Shown here in pieces: positions 25,974-40,251 of a stretch of DNA of 64,000 bases. The position numbers and the translations under genes were made by a program. Source of the DNA: Podarcis vaucheri (taxonomy: Eukaryota). Where the stretch lies: NCBI GenBank assembly GCA_965113315.1, contig OZ220363.1; one strand, given 5' to 3'. The notes beneath the pieces were generated by a model that was given only the letters and a program-made list of their open reading frames with translations, did no database searches and had not been told where the DNA came from. How positions within the stretch are numbered: the first letter of the stretch is position 1; each line of letters starts with the position of its first letter.

Positions 25974-26123
25974 CATAATAATAAAAAAAGTTAGGTTAAT
26001 GTTACATGAATAAAATAGTACAGTCGTGTAACATTAACCTAACATTTTTTAATTTATTCTTGTATTAATTTCATTATATTCGCATGTGGTCTGTTCCATT
26101 TTATCTCAGGTTCTCTTTTCATA

Positions 26124-26550
26124 TACCGTATTTTTCGCACCTAGTTTTTTTTGGGGGGGGGGAAATAAAGGGGAAAATTTTTTTTCCTCTGGTGCGGGGG
26201 AAGCCCGAGCTTCCCCCGACCCCAGCCCCCAGAACAGGCTGCTGTCCGCAAGCCTAGGAAGCCCAGGAAGTTGTGCCGATCTCCCCAGGCTTGCAGATAT
26301 CTGCCTGTAGCCCGGACGCGCTGAGCACGCCCCAGGCTTCAGGATGTAGGCAGCTCTCCGCAAGCCGTGGGAGAGCTGCGCAACTTTGCGCCGGGTTCCC
26401 ACGGCTTGTGGATAAGCTTCCTGAAGCCTGGAGAGCGAGAGGAGTCGGTGCGCATCAACCCTTCTCGCTCTCCAGGCTTCAGCGGAAGCCTGCATTAGCC
26501 CCATAGGACGCACACACATTTCCCCTTCATTTTTGGAGGGCAAAAAATAC
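26124..26550. mobile_element. GC-rich non-autonomous DNA transposon remnant (Tc2/Tigger-like left terminus TA-CCGTATTTTTCGC)
   Basis: Terminus motif and internal repeated GC-rich units; right TIR missing. Explains ORFs 26086-26600. Confidence 0.5.
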
Positions 26551-29500
26551 AGTACCTCTTTGAAATTTAGGGCAAAAAATACAGTACCTCTTTGAAACAC
26601 TTGTTACATTCACAGTTTACATTCCTAGATGCAGATCCAAGGGCCAAACTAGATGAGATGGCAAGAGATCCATGATTAGATCTCCAAGGTGGTTTTTTTC
26701 CTAATTCTTTTTTAAAACGTTATAAACAGCCATGGGAGGCATTAAGTGTAACTACATCCCCACAGCTCCGTATCTCCATTTGGTTGCAGGGATGCAACAC
26801 TTGCCTTGCTACTTTCCTGCCTTCCACCCTATGAAGTTACCCTATGCTAATTTTATAATAACCATTCTGCAAGTCCCTGCCTGAATTGTGAATACCATAA
26901 GGCAGTTAAGACATATTAAGAAACAATTCATCTACTGATCCTTCCAATTATATACTCTTAATACCTTCCTGTTCAAATGCAGCTTCAAAAGTCTACGCAA
27001 TCGTGGCCACAACTAATACTTCCCCCCTCCTATCCCTTAAAACTCACACCATTTCAGAAGCCTTCAGAAAGGACAAATAAACAACATATACGTATTTGCT
27101 TTTCCAACCTAGATTACACTAGCCTCTTTGGGCTACAGGGTTTCAGTTCCCAGCTTGACCTTTATTGCAATGAGGCGGACAAATTGAAAAGCCATCAAGG
27201 ACTTTACTTGTTGTTTTTTGCTAAAAACTAAGTGTTTCCAGAGCCAGTCTAGCAGCTTTCACCAGTTCTGAAATTCACCACAAACATCAAGCTAATGTTT
27301 ATCAAATCCCTGCCAGAACTGGATGGAACCAACGCCACAGATGAAGGGCATGAGACGCTGGTTTGCTGTGGACCTTCAGTCCGGCCTTTGCTGCTGCTTC
27401 TTAGAGGCACAGCAGGGCTCACACATCTCTTACTTTACATTTTCTATGAGGCACAATCTGAAATCAGTTTATAAACCAGCCACCACAGTCCTCTTAATGG
27501 AAATGGTGTAGTCTCCAGACAGGAAGAACCAAGGGTCCCCAAGCCCCTCACTGAACAACAAAAAAGCCAACTGTCTTTTCTGCCTGCAGCTCCCAATTCC
27601 AGACTCCATTCTGACTGGCAGGAAATGTTCCCAACTCTTTTGGCTGGCCTACTAGGACAAACGGGGCACTGCCCCACCAGCCTTCCAACTTCCAGACATG
27701 CAGAAGCAACATGTGTTTTATTTAGTTTTAGCTACTGGTCTTAAATGCCTATTTTTACCTGTTTATCAATATTTTTCATGTTTTGTTTTATACTTTTGTA
27801 ATTTGCTTAGAGGTTCTCTTACATTCATGGGATACATAAATTTTGTGAAATAAAGAAACTGCTCTCGGCCAGATCCCACCAGCCTGCCCTGCCTGCCTTC
27901 ATACTTACAACCAGCCCAGGGGGTGGCACAATGCTTGGCAGCTCCCTCCTTAATCTCAGCATTACCTTTGAGGAAGTCAACTAGAAAGAGTCGGGAGCGG
28001 GGGGGGGGGCAAAATCAGAACTAGCTGTTTCTGCCTGTCCACTGACTCTGCCTTCACCTTTTGTTGGCCCCTCTGCCTCCTCACTGCCAGTCCCAAGAGG
28101 CACCGGTCAACACTGCTTTTGAAGACATGTTTGCAATGACTGGGGAGGAGAACCTCACTATAGCCGTTTAGCTAAACCTCCCCTTTAGCAGGCAAGGGCC
28201 AAGGCCCTGCTATATTCACCCCCCTTCATCAGCCAGACATCCACCTCCTGCACTCTAAATCCATCCTGAATTCGTACTTCACTAACTTGTGTTACGATGT
28301 AAATTACTACAGTGTGCATGTAACCAGGAAGGAAGATGGTTGTATACCATACTGCCAAAGGAAGCTGAGAATTGCATCACTCCCTGGCTTCCCCAGCTCT
28401 CTGACACAGAGTGAGAATGTGCAGTAACTTTCTCATCCATGTCCCCATGTGGAAGCCAGGCAGATATTGGCATGTTGCCGCTTTGTAAAATGGTCACCAT
28501 GTTCGTCTGCAGGGCCCTTTCATCTTAAGCATTTAAAGAAATTCCTTTTTCTTTGATGATTATGGTCAGTTTTACTTTTCCATGCTAGCACAGTAGCAGC
28601 AGACAGACCTTTCCAGAGGCTTGTTTAGAGTCTCAAACAAATATTTGCACTGGAATTCAAACCAAATATTTCCACTGATCCTTCACTGGGCCAGTGTGAG
28701 GGAGCAGGAGGGGAGGGGAGAGGAGAGGAGAAACGCTGATAAGTGGTGTGGGTTCATGGACTTATTGTAAGCGCAGGGAGACCCTTTGCTGGTACAAGGT
28801 TTTTTTGAAGCAGATGCTTTTATCAGTGGGTTGTGATCTGTGACCATGGGGGCTTAAACCTTGATTATGTTCCTAAGACACTGCTGCCCAACCAAGAATA
28901 AATGCCTTTGTGGAATTTTTAGAATCCTTTTCATGTCACCTTTAAGCGCCACCCATGACACTACATCCACTGAGCTCTTCCTGACCTTTTGAGATACACT
29001 GAGCAGATTAGCAACCCACCCAGGATTACACCCCCGCAGAGACCGCTTGATTGCTGGAAAGTTACGCAGCATACCGGTTCTGCTTATCCATCTGTATACT
29101 TATCCATCTGTATACGATGTCTCATGCACATTCCTTCCTTTTAGTTAGCTCTGACCCCTTGCATCTAAATCCATCCCGTGAGAAGAGAATGCCATTGCTC
29201 CTTTCCCAGCAGGCTGTCAAAATCTGCAGATTTCAATCTCTCTGCTACTTCGGAAGCAGCCAGCCAGATTAGATCTAACTTTACCCTTAAGAGCAGTGTG
29301 CAAGCTTTCCAGGACACAACCAGCTTGATCAGAGTTATTGGCAAGGAGCAGCGGAAACTCCAGTCCGGCCCCCCCACCCTTACTATTCCCACCTCAGCCA
29401 AGGATGACAGATGGCATCACTGTTCTCCTTTGCTATGGTACACCAAGTCAAACCAGCACCACAATGAAATCTTTTTTCTTTTTGTCAAATGCTACTGGTA

Positions 29501-32500
29501 CCACTGAAGAGATCTTTGTGCAGAAATGATAACTGCATTTCCAAAGATCCCTGAACAAGAACCTTTTAAAGAAAAAAAAAGAAGTCTGATGGGGTTGTTG
29601 CTTCTGTTGCTGATTTCACTGGAAGATTTGAATGGTCATTGCCTTCAATTTTATACTCCCTACTTCTCAAGGGGATACCAAATAGTTCAGCTTTGGAGCT
29701 AGATTTCTCCATTTCCCTGTGGAATGAGCTTCACATGGGACAATTTCAGCTTTTGATATGCATCCCTAAACAATATCAGCAGAATGGAGAAGCTCCAGAT
29801 TACATTTTTCTTTTTAGCAACCAAAATACTGAGGAAACTTACAGAAATGTACAACCTACTGAAACACTAAAGAACATCTTATCCTTTTATTTGGAAGGAC
29901 TTTTAGTCCACATCACATTTAACTAGAAGGCCTTGCAATATGTGCTTTGGCTCACTAAGTTGAAGCATCTGGATAATTTTACATCGTCTACATAAGACGC
30001 CTCAGTCACCCTGGCACTAAGCTTGTGGCACACTATGGTCTGGATTATGCAAGAAGTGGGTGGGTGAGCATTCCTGCCTTAAGGCAGGAAGGTGAACTGC
30101 AAGATGCTCTGGTACCTGTTAACCATGAGATCCTGTCTCAAACAAGTGATCCATAATAATTATTTTGCAGAGGCTGAGAGCTGCAACTACCCTTAAATTA
30201 GAAAGCAGAAAATTTTTTAGTTGAGGTGAAAGTTGCATCTGTCAGACCAGTCTATGAACATTACCCCATAACAACATGACTTCAAAGGCACAACAGACAT
30301 GGAATGTGACATTTTCCAGGGGACTTCTCTAGATCCAGTATATTCAAAGGGATCTCTCTTTTTAAAAACCAACTCTGCAAAATCTCACTTTGGTACTTTG
30401 CCTATTTAGCTCTGTTAGCAAATTGCAGCTTTTACTGCTGTGTGCACCGTGATCTACTATGACCTGCAAGAAACAAGTTCCATGTATATGTGACACATGT
30501 ACAAAATCAAGGATGGTGCTGTTTGAATGCATCATCTCCAATCTACCTCTTCAGTTACATAACAATGGAGAAAATTATGAATGGCACAAAGGTGTTCTCA
30601 AGAAGCAGGTCAACAGAACTCTGATGCCACCCCTTTGGGCCCTTGGACAAGTCTAGCTTATTTTTAATAATCACTGAACTTCATTGCTACAACTTCTAAA
30701 AGGCTTTGTTAGAATGTTCTAAACTATTTGTATATTGTTCAACACTATACTTGCAGTCAGCAGTTTTATACAATCTGTGCCCAGTGCAAGTCTACACATC
30801 CTCATTTTTTACATAGCGGGGGCACTTCTGGGCCTAGGATCCCCAGTTTGGGTTGGGGAGTGCAATGGCCCTGAACAATTCTATCAATAAACAAGTATAT
30901 TCAAAATACTGTATTAGGATTAAGCAGTGCTAAATCAAAGTCCACCATCTTAACTTGTTTGCGATCTGGTTGTCAGTCCATTTAACACATCTATCATCCC
31001 AAACCTACCAGGGAGAGATAATAACACTAGCTCTCACTATCAAGATCACCCATTTTATCATGAAATAATTTGGCTCTTAAATTCTCATGCACGGTAAATG
31101 CCTCCCTAATTAAAAGCAAACACAACACACCTTCCGCTTTACCTATTACTGTTGGAGACAAGCTGTGCAATTGTCAGGTCTCTGCAGTGTGTTGTGAACA
31201 ACCTACGTCTGTGTGTGTATGTGTGTGCGTGTGTGTTGGAGATTGTGGATGTTTCTGTGCAAAGCAGCGTAGTAATGGGAGCATGCTCACGCTTGCAGAC
31301 TGGTAATGCACTGGGTGTGACTGTTGATTCAATGAGGCTTGTCTGCTAGGCTCTTTTAATGGCACAGCTGGTATTTTTGTGAGGCAGCTGCTTGCAAAAG
31401 CCAAATGAGCTCATCAGGAGTCACCCAAAGACTCTGTGTGAAGAACGGATCCCCAGAGCGGTCTCACAGTGGAGGCCCATTCCCATCTGCAGAGGACGAA
31501 CACTAGGAATAAAGGAAGGGAAGCATCCAATTCATAACTGCGCAGCTGGGCCAGAAAGGCAAATTGTATGATCAATACAATACTAAGAGACTAAGGATCT
31601 GCCCCACCTCCCACATCCTACACTTGAGGGCAGGATTACAACAGTCACACCAGGGATTACCTCCAACCTCAGAGATTGTCTTTATTATCCGTCATATTAT
31701 TATTGCCCATTAATCATCTCTTCCCCCTTGCACTGTTCTGGATCATCTCTGGGCTAAACATATACTATATGCTTGTGTGTTGCAACACACACACAGAGAG
31801 AGAATATCACAGGTTTCAGGATCTCTGATGTATGTTCATTTCTAGTGCTTATGACGGCAGCTGATTTCCACTGTACAGGGCATGGATGAAAGTCCAGATA
31901 GCTCAGTGCCCTTTACTGTAACTTCCAGCACTGCCCACAATCACTCTTCAGCAGACACCTTTCACTTCTTGCCTGTTACTTCTTTGTGACTTTGCAAAGA
32001 ACCATGGAATTAAAATAAAATGAAGGCTTGTGTTTTGCATTCCCCCCCACCTGTGACCTGCTCTTGTTAGTCTTGTCATGTTTTATTATTTATGTTTGTA
32101 TGCAGAAATTATAATAATTGCTTTGTGAAGGTTTTTCACTGATTCTGTAACAGATAATTAATAAAAATCTAAAATAAAATAACGGTCAATTATAGGAAGG
32201 TCCACTGTTTCTCAGTTTACCACGGCATAAGCAACAGCGCACAGCTCAGGCCGTGCTGTACCAAATGAGAGTTGTGGGGGAAGGGGCCCCCAAATATCAA
32301 ATCACATTATTGCATAAGAAGTTCTGAAACACAGCACTGCCTAGGGTGGTTTCATAGAGCTCATTATTCCATTCTGAGTCCTTGGTACCCACGAGTGAGG
32401 GAGGGAAGGGAATGGGGTGAGGAGGGGATAAGGAGCTGAATAGAAAAGTATGATGGAGCAGAGAGTTTGAAATTAAAGGGCAGCAGAGGCCAAAATGTCA

Positions 32501-33399
32501 TTCCTGCAGCTGTAGCAGCCGCCGCCACCAGCCTGTCTGGAATTCCAGTGCCAGCTCCCCTACACACACACTTACATATGCACAAGCACACACACATACA
32601 CACTCCTACTAGCTAGCTGCATCGGGAGTTATTGTTTTTGCCAAGTTAACATTTCTGAATCCAGTTCATTCTTGGAGATTCGGTGCTCGTACTGTGTTTG
32701 CCTATGCAAATCACACTGTGGAAGAGGGAAAGGGTTTATAAACCATATAAAGGAAGGGGTTGCGTACTGCATTTGTACACGAAAGCCAATTGCATCACAT
32801 TGAGAGCTGAATCTACAACCTGGGAAGGAGAAAGAAGATCTGTGTCTCTTGAGAAGTCCAGGGACTTTCATGGGCTGCTCACTGAGAGAGAGAAAAGACA
32901 TTAACTAGGAGATTCTACGTTGTCAAACACACCTTTGTTAACCTAGGCGTTCTCCTTTGTATGCAAGAAGGACCTTGCAAGGAAATGCAACACAGCTATT
33001 AATGTAAGAGCACAAGGGCCTGCTAAATCAGGGCAAAGGCCAATCTGGTTCAGCATCAAAGTGGCCAACCAGATGCCTAGGGGAAGCCTGAAAGCAGAAC
33101 CTGAGCACAGCCACATCCTCATGAATTCAAGCAACTGGAATTCAGGGGCATGCTGCCTCCAACAGTGGACAGTGTGGCTAGTAGCCACTGGTAGCCTTAT
33201 CCTTCATGAATTTCTCTCTCTCCTAAAGCCATCCAAGTTGGTAGCCATCATTGCTTGCTGTGAGGACGAATTGCATAGTTATCTATGAGTGTGGGAAGAA
33301 GTACTTTTGGGGGGCTGTCCCGAATCTTCCAACATACGGCTTCACTGGATGTCCAAGAGTCGCGGTACTATGAGAGAGCAAGAAGAGCTTCCTCTGGCC

Positions 33400-33850
33400 A
33401 CGTTCTCCACAAGATGTGTAATTTTACTTGCCTTTTCTCAAAACTGAAAAGCTCCTTATGTTGTAGCCTTTCCTCATGGGGGAGTTACTCTGTTTCCTTT
33501 ATCATTTTGGTTGCCCCTTTTGGAATGCTTTTCCAGCTCTACAATATCCTTTCCGAGGTGAGGCAAAGAGGCAAGTACACAGTATTCCAAAGGCAGACGC
33601 ACCACAGACTTCTATAATGGCATTAGGATGTTGGCAGTTTTAATTTCAGTTCCTTTCCTAATGATCCCCACCATGGGATTTATATTTTCCACAACTGCCA
33701 CACATGGGATCGACATCTTCACTGAGCAGTCCACTACCTGCCTAAGTTCTAATTCCTGATCAGTCATCTCCAGTTCAGACCCCATGAGCATATATGTAAT
33801 ATTATTATTATTATTGCCCCCTTGTGCATCATTGTGCTCTTATTTACAGT
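33400..33850 (-). mobile_element. Degenerate CR1 LINE fragment
   Basis: Resembles CR1 ORF2 3' region (YRSLVRLPLEYCV...DIVELEK...RATKMI); bounds approximate. Confidence 0.65.
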
Positions 33851-36800
33851 GAATTCCATTGGCCATTTTACTGCCTATTCCATCAAGGGTTCATCCACAC
33901 TTCCGCTTGCCCCATACTTTCTAGGCATGGGTCCAAACAGCCTTTCATTTATCCCATTGCTTTCCCCAGAAAAACCCACTACTATCACAAACATCAATCT
34001 GCCGACGTCAATCGATAGACATTTGCTCTGATTCAGTGGTAAACAGCAGGTTTTCCCAGGAGAAAGCAGCGGGACAAGCGGAAAAGTGTGGACAACCCCT
34101 AATTTAGGAGACATCCCTTTGGAGCTCTTCACAGTAACTTTTTACTTTAACCATCCTCAACTATTTGGAACCAGCAACCTCTCTTATTGTTTATTGGCTG
34201 CTACTATATGTATTAATAGCATATCACTTGCTCTTCAACTGGTGGGTCGGGACCCACTAGTGCGTTGCTACCTGAACCAAGGTGGGCTGCAACAGGAACA
34301 TGACCACTATGCAAATATATGGTAAAAGATCAAGAAATAGGTCCCCAAATGAAAATTTGGGTTAAAAGTGGGTCCTGGGTCTGAAAAGGTTGAATATACA
34401 TATATTATATTCTAGTCATTTGGGAAGGAATCCCATAGCAAGATGAGCAGGTGAGGATCCAGTGGATATCGGGGTGTGCAAGGAAGTTCCAAACATAGCC
34501 AGGCTACACCAGCTTAACTTCCCCATCCTCAGCTATATCTCCCCCATCTCATCTCATCCAGGGCCCAGCTGGCCCAGTGGAGTTTAATCTGGCATATGAT
34601 CTGAAAAAGGGGTGCTCTGGGGGCAGGACATGGGCAGAACCATAAAGGGGAAAGTTAGGCTGGATCCTAAGCTTGTTCAGATAAGTCACATGACCTGGTA
34701 ATGTGATGTACCTGGTATAGCTAAAAAGGGTGCTGTAATTCAAGCACTATTTTAAAGGCTCGTTTTGCCTCTGCCAGCCTTAGGCCACGTCATTCAGCAG
34801 TAGCCCCACTGCTGAACCATTTCAATCTGATGTAACTGTACTCTGTCTGCACTTACACTAGCATGCTTTTTAGCAGCTTCTTGTGTATTGGATTGCTGCC
34901 TTATGGGTATGTGACTTGGTTAGTTCACTCGGGATCTAAATATTATGTTTTCTATTCACATCCGAACCCAATACCCTTGCCGCTGCACCATGTTACATCA
35001 AAATAGCCTACTGCCATTTACCACCATTGCAAATGTAGCCATTGCAAAACAAAGGCAAATTATGGTTTATCAGTCAACATGGCCAAGCACATAATGACAT
35101 CCTCTGTCATTACCCTTCTCAGGCTGGGTTATCAGGGACAAGTTCTGCCCTGTTTCAACAAGAAAACCCAATGATGTGGGCAGAAGTTTTTTAACAATAT
35201 TGTGAACAACCAAGGCAACCACATATCTCCAGGAATGTGCAAAAGGAGCCTGGGATACTTTGAATTTTCAGTGCTTGGCATAAACCTGATTGAAGCTGTA
35301 CTGTGTGGCAGAATGCCTCTGTGGCTGTGTGACAGTTTGCACACTGCATGTCAACACCACAAGCTGGGAGACACATCCACTAAACATGAATTTACTGGCT
35401 CCTTATCTGTTACAACAGCATATCTGTGAAAAGGCAAGTGTAAAGTAGGCCTGGGCCACAGGTTGCAATAATACCGGTGAAACAAGAATTTTGGGTTGCC
35501 TCTTTCTCTTTGGATAATAATAACCAATTCCTATGACTAAACATACTGGATGGAAGCTTGAAGTTGAGAGCCAAGCTATAAATGTCCAAGAATGCCCTGC
35601 CAGTTGAGAATTCACATTATGTTAGCTTTAGGCACACAGAAAGGTGCTTTAAATGGGAGAGCATTTAAACAAATTATCCCCTTATCTGCAGCCTGAAATG
35701 ACATGGCCCAAATAATGATGTACCATGTGATATTTCAGCATGCATAGTTTTCCTTTGAGCCTTTGAAGTAGGACTTAATTCCACATGCATGTGTTTACAT
35801 TCATTGCATTACTTCCCTCCAAGTTTTAGCATTCTGTGCATTTATGCAGCTCAAAAACCTCCAAGGTTGAAATTCACACACTGAGGTCGTACATGATGTT
35901 AGTGGGTTGGTTGACAATCAACACATTTTAAAACAACTGCACCTAAAAGCAGGACCTCTCAGTCCCGTAGACTACAAGTGGTTAAAAAAACCCATGACAG
36001 GTTTTCTGGCTACTTTCTCACATTTTGAAATAAAGTTTTGTTGCAACCCTGAGATAACCGATAGAGATAATATTTTAAATTATTTTTTGAATTTTTTTAT
36101 CACTGCTGCCTCAGCCAAACATGGTTGCTTCAGGAAGAAGGGCAGGGTATAAAAGGAGCAATAATGATAACAAGGGCAAAGCAGGAAGAGAAGCCCACAG
36201 GAACAGAACCTAAAGGAAAAATCTGCATACTACTACCCACAAGGGCACAATCAGGCACCATATTGAGGGGTGTCCCAAATTATTTCAATGAACCGCTGTA
36301 AAAAAACAACCACAGTATTTGAGATGTCAGTCTCAGAGAACAAAGGCAAAAAAGGACTTCTCTTATTAGACTAATGATATGTGTAAGGAAGAACTCAAAA
36401 ACCACACAGACCTCTATTGGTTCAGTGATAGATATTGCCTTCCCTATGTATAGGTCCTCAAAAATCTCCCAATACTGAGAGGTCGTCCCCCCACTTTTAC
36501 TATGCAACAGGGGTTGGGAACCTACAGCTCTCCATATCCTGTTGGACTTCAACTCCCATCATCCCTCACCATCAAGCCATGCTGGTGACAACTGGTGGGA
36601 GTTGTGGCCCTATATATGTTGCTGGGCTATAGGTTCCCCACCTGCTTTTACACAATCATGTTTTAAAATTTCTGAAAAGCCAGATTTAAATAATTTACAA
36701 CGGGAGTTGCCCAACCTAAGCAAGCAGACACCCACCCACACCCCACAGAGGGAGGAGGGGCAGGAGGGAAGCAAGGCAGGAGTCAGGTGAGGGGTGAGAC

Positions 36801-37399
36801 TACAGGCCAGTGTGTTTTAGGGAAACGATTATATGCACATGTCTGCACTGATCTCCTGACATAACAACATTCCTGAACAGCAGGAGATGGAGAGCTACAG
36901 TTTTCGCTCTAATAGCCCCCTGGGGTCACTGGGCAGCCTCGAATTCCCTCCTATTCCAAAGCCATTCACATTATCTTCAGGTTCACACACGGCCGTCAGG
37001 TTTCCCCTGCAGGGGGGGCACGAACAGTTTAAGCCTCAAACCCAATTATTTCCCATTTGCGGTTAAAAACTCACCACTCCCGGTGGCTGAGGGCACATAC
37101 ACACCATTAGGCCACATTATTTCTGGCGAATTGCTCCAAAATTCCTCAGATTCTCCAGTCCCGCCTTTCCAGTCCACTATTCCACCCATGAGAATTCGTT
37201 TGGAGGGGTCGGAAAATTCACCTCAGTTGTGCAACCGAAGAGTAACTAAAAGCGATTTAAACGGCAATCTTTCCCTATCTGCTTTCTTGGAAGTAAACCG
37301 TCGGAGCTCAACGGGTCTTACTTCTGAGCCAAGCACGTATGGGATGGAAAACTATAGTGCCTCAAGGGACCTTAAGGAAAGGGAAAAAGCAAACATCCG

Positions 37400-38560
37400 C
37401 GATTTCCTTCTGTGGTACTTTAGGGAGGAGGATGCATACGGACTCGCCTAACTCAAAAGGCGCATCAAGAAAGGCGCAACTGCGCCCGCGCGCGCGTTTC
37501 CCGGGCTCAGCAGGATCCCAAGAGCCGTCTACAGAATTCCCGGGTGTGGGTGAGAGAGAAATAACTCTTATTTACAGACGGCCGTGCGAGAGCAGCAAAA
37601 GTAGGTCCACGCCTCCCTTAACAACTCGGGAAGCGCGCGATTATATGTAGCAGCACAAACCAATTTCCGCGTGGGCGGGCAAAGCTTTTTAGAGGATAAG
37701 CGATTCCGAATAATCCCTGGGGAGGTGGGAACCCCGACGGCAGGGAGGCACCTGCGGCCGGATGAGCACACCCGTCCGGGGACGGGGCCGTGTCCAGGGA
37801 GACGGCGAGCAAGAGACAAGGGGCTGAAGGAGATTCGCCAAATCCCAGTCCGGAGCATGCACACGATCCTTAATCCTGTCTCCGGTGCAAATGAGAGACT
37901 CGAGAACCCCCGTCCCATAGGGGTTTCCATCCAGAGCCACTTAATGCAGGCTGCGATCCCCACCCCCCCAAAAAAATAAATCCTCCAAGAGTTTAGCCAC
38001 CCGATATTAAACAAACAAACAAACCCAAAAAACTGACCCGGGCTCCGTAAAGCCGTGTAAGCCGCTCCGGCGCTCAGCAGTTCGAGATCCACGCGACGAA
38101 AGACTCCGCTGAGATTAGAGCTGGCTAGGCAGGAAGCTCCCCGCCGAAGGAGGCTTTTAGGGAAAGAAGGGGGAAAGAAAGAGCGGGCGGGTCACCAACG
38201 CTCCGGGTAGGTGGAGACTCCGGAGCCGCAAGGAGGGGCCGCGGTCGGAGGAAGCGAAGCGGCTCTTCCCTCTTCCTAGTAATTATTAACCCAGAGCTAC
38301 CTGGGCCGCCGCCGCCACGCGCAGTTTCTCCTCTCCCGGGGAGGGCGCGCCACTAGGCCGGGCGGAGCAAGTCGGAGTTGCTGAGCTATAGCTCGGGGCA
38401 ATGGCACCGCCCCGAAACTCCCGCCTGCCTTGCCCTTGCCCTCCCCGTGCCAGATTTAGGACAAGGTGGTGGAAGGGGGAGACGCTTCCCTGGCCTGACC
38501 CTGCCGGTATCGGACTTGGAGGCACCTGCTAACGATCGCCTCCATATGGGACGCCACACC
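37400..38560 (-). promoter_or_regulatory. CpG island; probable PLEKHG3 promoter and non-coding first exon (candidate donor CAG|gtagct at 38301/38300)
   Basis: Abrupt CpG/GC enrichment with GC boxes, upstream of PLEKHG3 on its strand. Bounds approximate; exon boundary inferred. Confidence 0.7.
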
Positions 38561-39599
38561 AAAAAAGGGAGACAAAGGTGATGTTTTTATATTGGGCCAA
38601 GCTTCCGTTAGTGTAACAGTAGTGCAGAAACTGCCGGGATGTAGTAAACTAGCCGTAACGAACCATATATCAAACGTTATAATTTGTGGATTGAATCCAG
38701 ACTACGAATTTTTAACCATTATATGGGTTAATTGGCTTACCAATTACAGGACGCCTGTGTTGTCAACAACTGTTTTGTGAGTTACCACAGCTAATTGCAT
38801 GATTGCACTCTTCTGCATTTGCTTTCACTCTAAACTCACGGTGTATAATTACCCCCCTTCAAACCATGTTGTACATATGTAACATTTCATGTATCTGGTT
38901 CAATGGATGGGAGTCTTTGAAAACATATGCTGTAATAAATTTCTTAGCCTTTTAGGTGGCTAGAAAAAAAACCTTGTTTTTGCTGCAAGAGACTTCGTCG
39001 GATGAACAATTGTCCATAAAAGCTGGTTCTAGAAGAAATTTGTCAGACTTCACCTGTGCTACAAGATACGCTGCTGTCAATAATGGCAACACAGTAGATG
39101 GGCTTTGAGTGAGGATAATAATGTGCTTGACCTTATGTCTGATCTGTATGTTATGGTTCTAGGTCTGTGGCTGGATATAGACTCTGTACATTCACTTGAA
39201 TAAAGTATGTTTTTAAATAATTCTTCATTTAAAAATAAAAAGGAAACAGGATTTTAAAGTAAATCCCATTAGAATCAGTGGGACTTTTTCCAGCCAAGCA
39301 TTCTTAGGATTGGGCTGGAAAATGTTATGTTTCAACAAGCATTTCCAAACTACAGTAATGTCACATAGACAAAGGAAACTGCTTTGGAAAACCTATCACT
39401 TTTTATTTGACCATTTATACAATTTCAGCTGAGAGTGATGAGTTAACCACTTCAATAGAAGACCAGACTATTGATCTTGTAGTATTTATTTTAATTACAG
39501 CTGCCAGTTGCTACTTCACTCATTCACATCCATCTTTTGTTGTGTTTGGCACAAAACCCAGAGATGCCATGCCTGTCAAACAACGAATTCCACAGCTAT

Positions 39600-39880
39600 G
39601 GAAGAAACAGAAAACTAAACCTATAACCGATGCTTATAAATGCTTAATGGATTTTGGTAAGGCAGAAATTCAGGAACTTAGAGAAGTGTGGAACAGTGAA
39701 TTAGAAGATATTACACAGCCTAAACAATAGAAAATTGCTTTAGAGTCTAAACAGAGTATTTCCTTGGACCTGAGATTGATTCAGGAAAAATTAATATTTT
39801 GGATGTATTGGACTCTACAACTTCTGTATCAGATTGTACTGTCTAATACAGAAGGATGTTGTAATGCTGAAAATGCCTCT
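39600..39880 (+). mobile_element. Degenerate L1/Tx1-like ORF2 fragment
   Basis: LREVWNSELEDI...LRLIQEKLIFWMYWT pattern; explains the 3' part of ORF 39407..39730. Confidence 0.45.
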
Positions 39881-39924
39881 TTGAGGCATATGATGTGAGC
39901 TTATCCAGTGGTCTGAAGTTGTTA

Positions 39925-40251
39925 AAAGGTAAAGGTAAAGGACCCCTGACAGTTAAGTCCAGTCGCAAACGACTCTGGGGTTGCCATGCTCATCACATTT
40001 TACTGGCCGAGGGAGCCGACATTTGTCCGCAGACAGTTTTTCCAGGTCATGTGGCCAGCATGACTAAGCCGCTTCTGGTGAAACCAGAGCAGTGCACAGA
40101 AACACTGTTTACCTTCCCGCTGGAGCAGTACCTATTTATCTACTTGCACTTTGATGTGCTTTCGAACCACTAGGTTGGCAGGAGTTGGGACCGAGCAATG
40201 GGAGCTCGCCCCGTCGCGGGGATTCGAACCACCAACCTTTCAATCGGCAAG
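39925..40251 (-). mobile_element. Sauria-type SINE, 5'-truncated
   Basis: (ACCTTT)n tail; body similar to the 24655 copy; B-box GGTTCGAATCCC. Confidence 0.85.

Noticed and set aside
37083-38581. Long ORFs in the PLEKHG3 CpG island, up to 174 aa
   Set aside because: No recognisable domain and expected in GC-rich DNA. The frame reaching the candidate donor at 38301 has no ATG.
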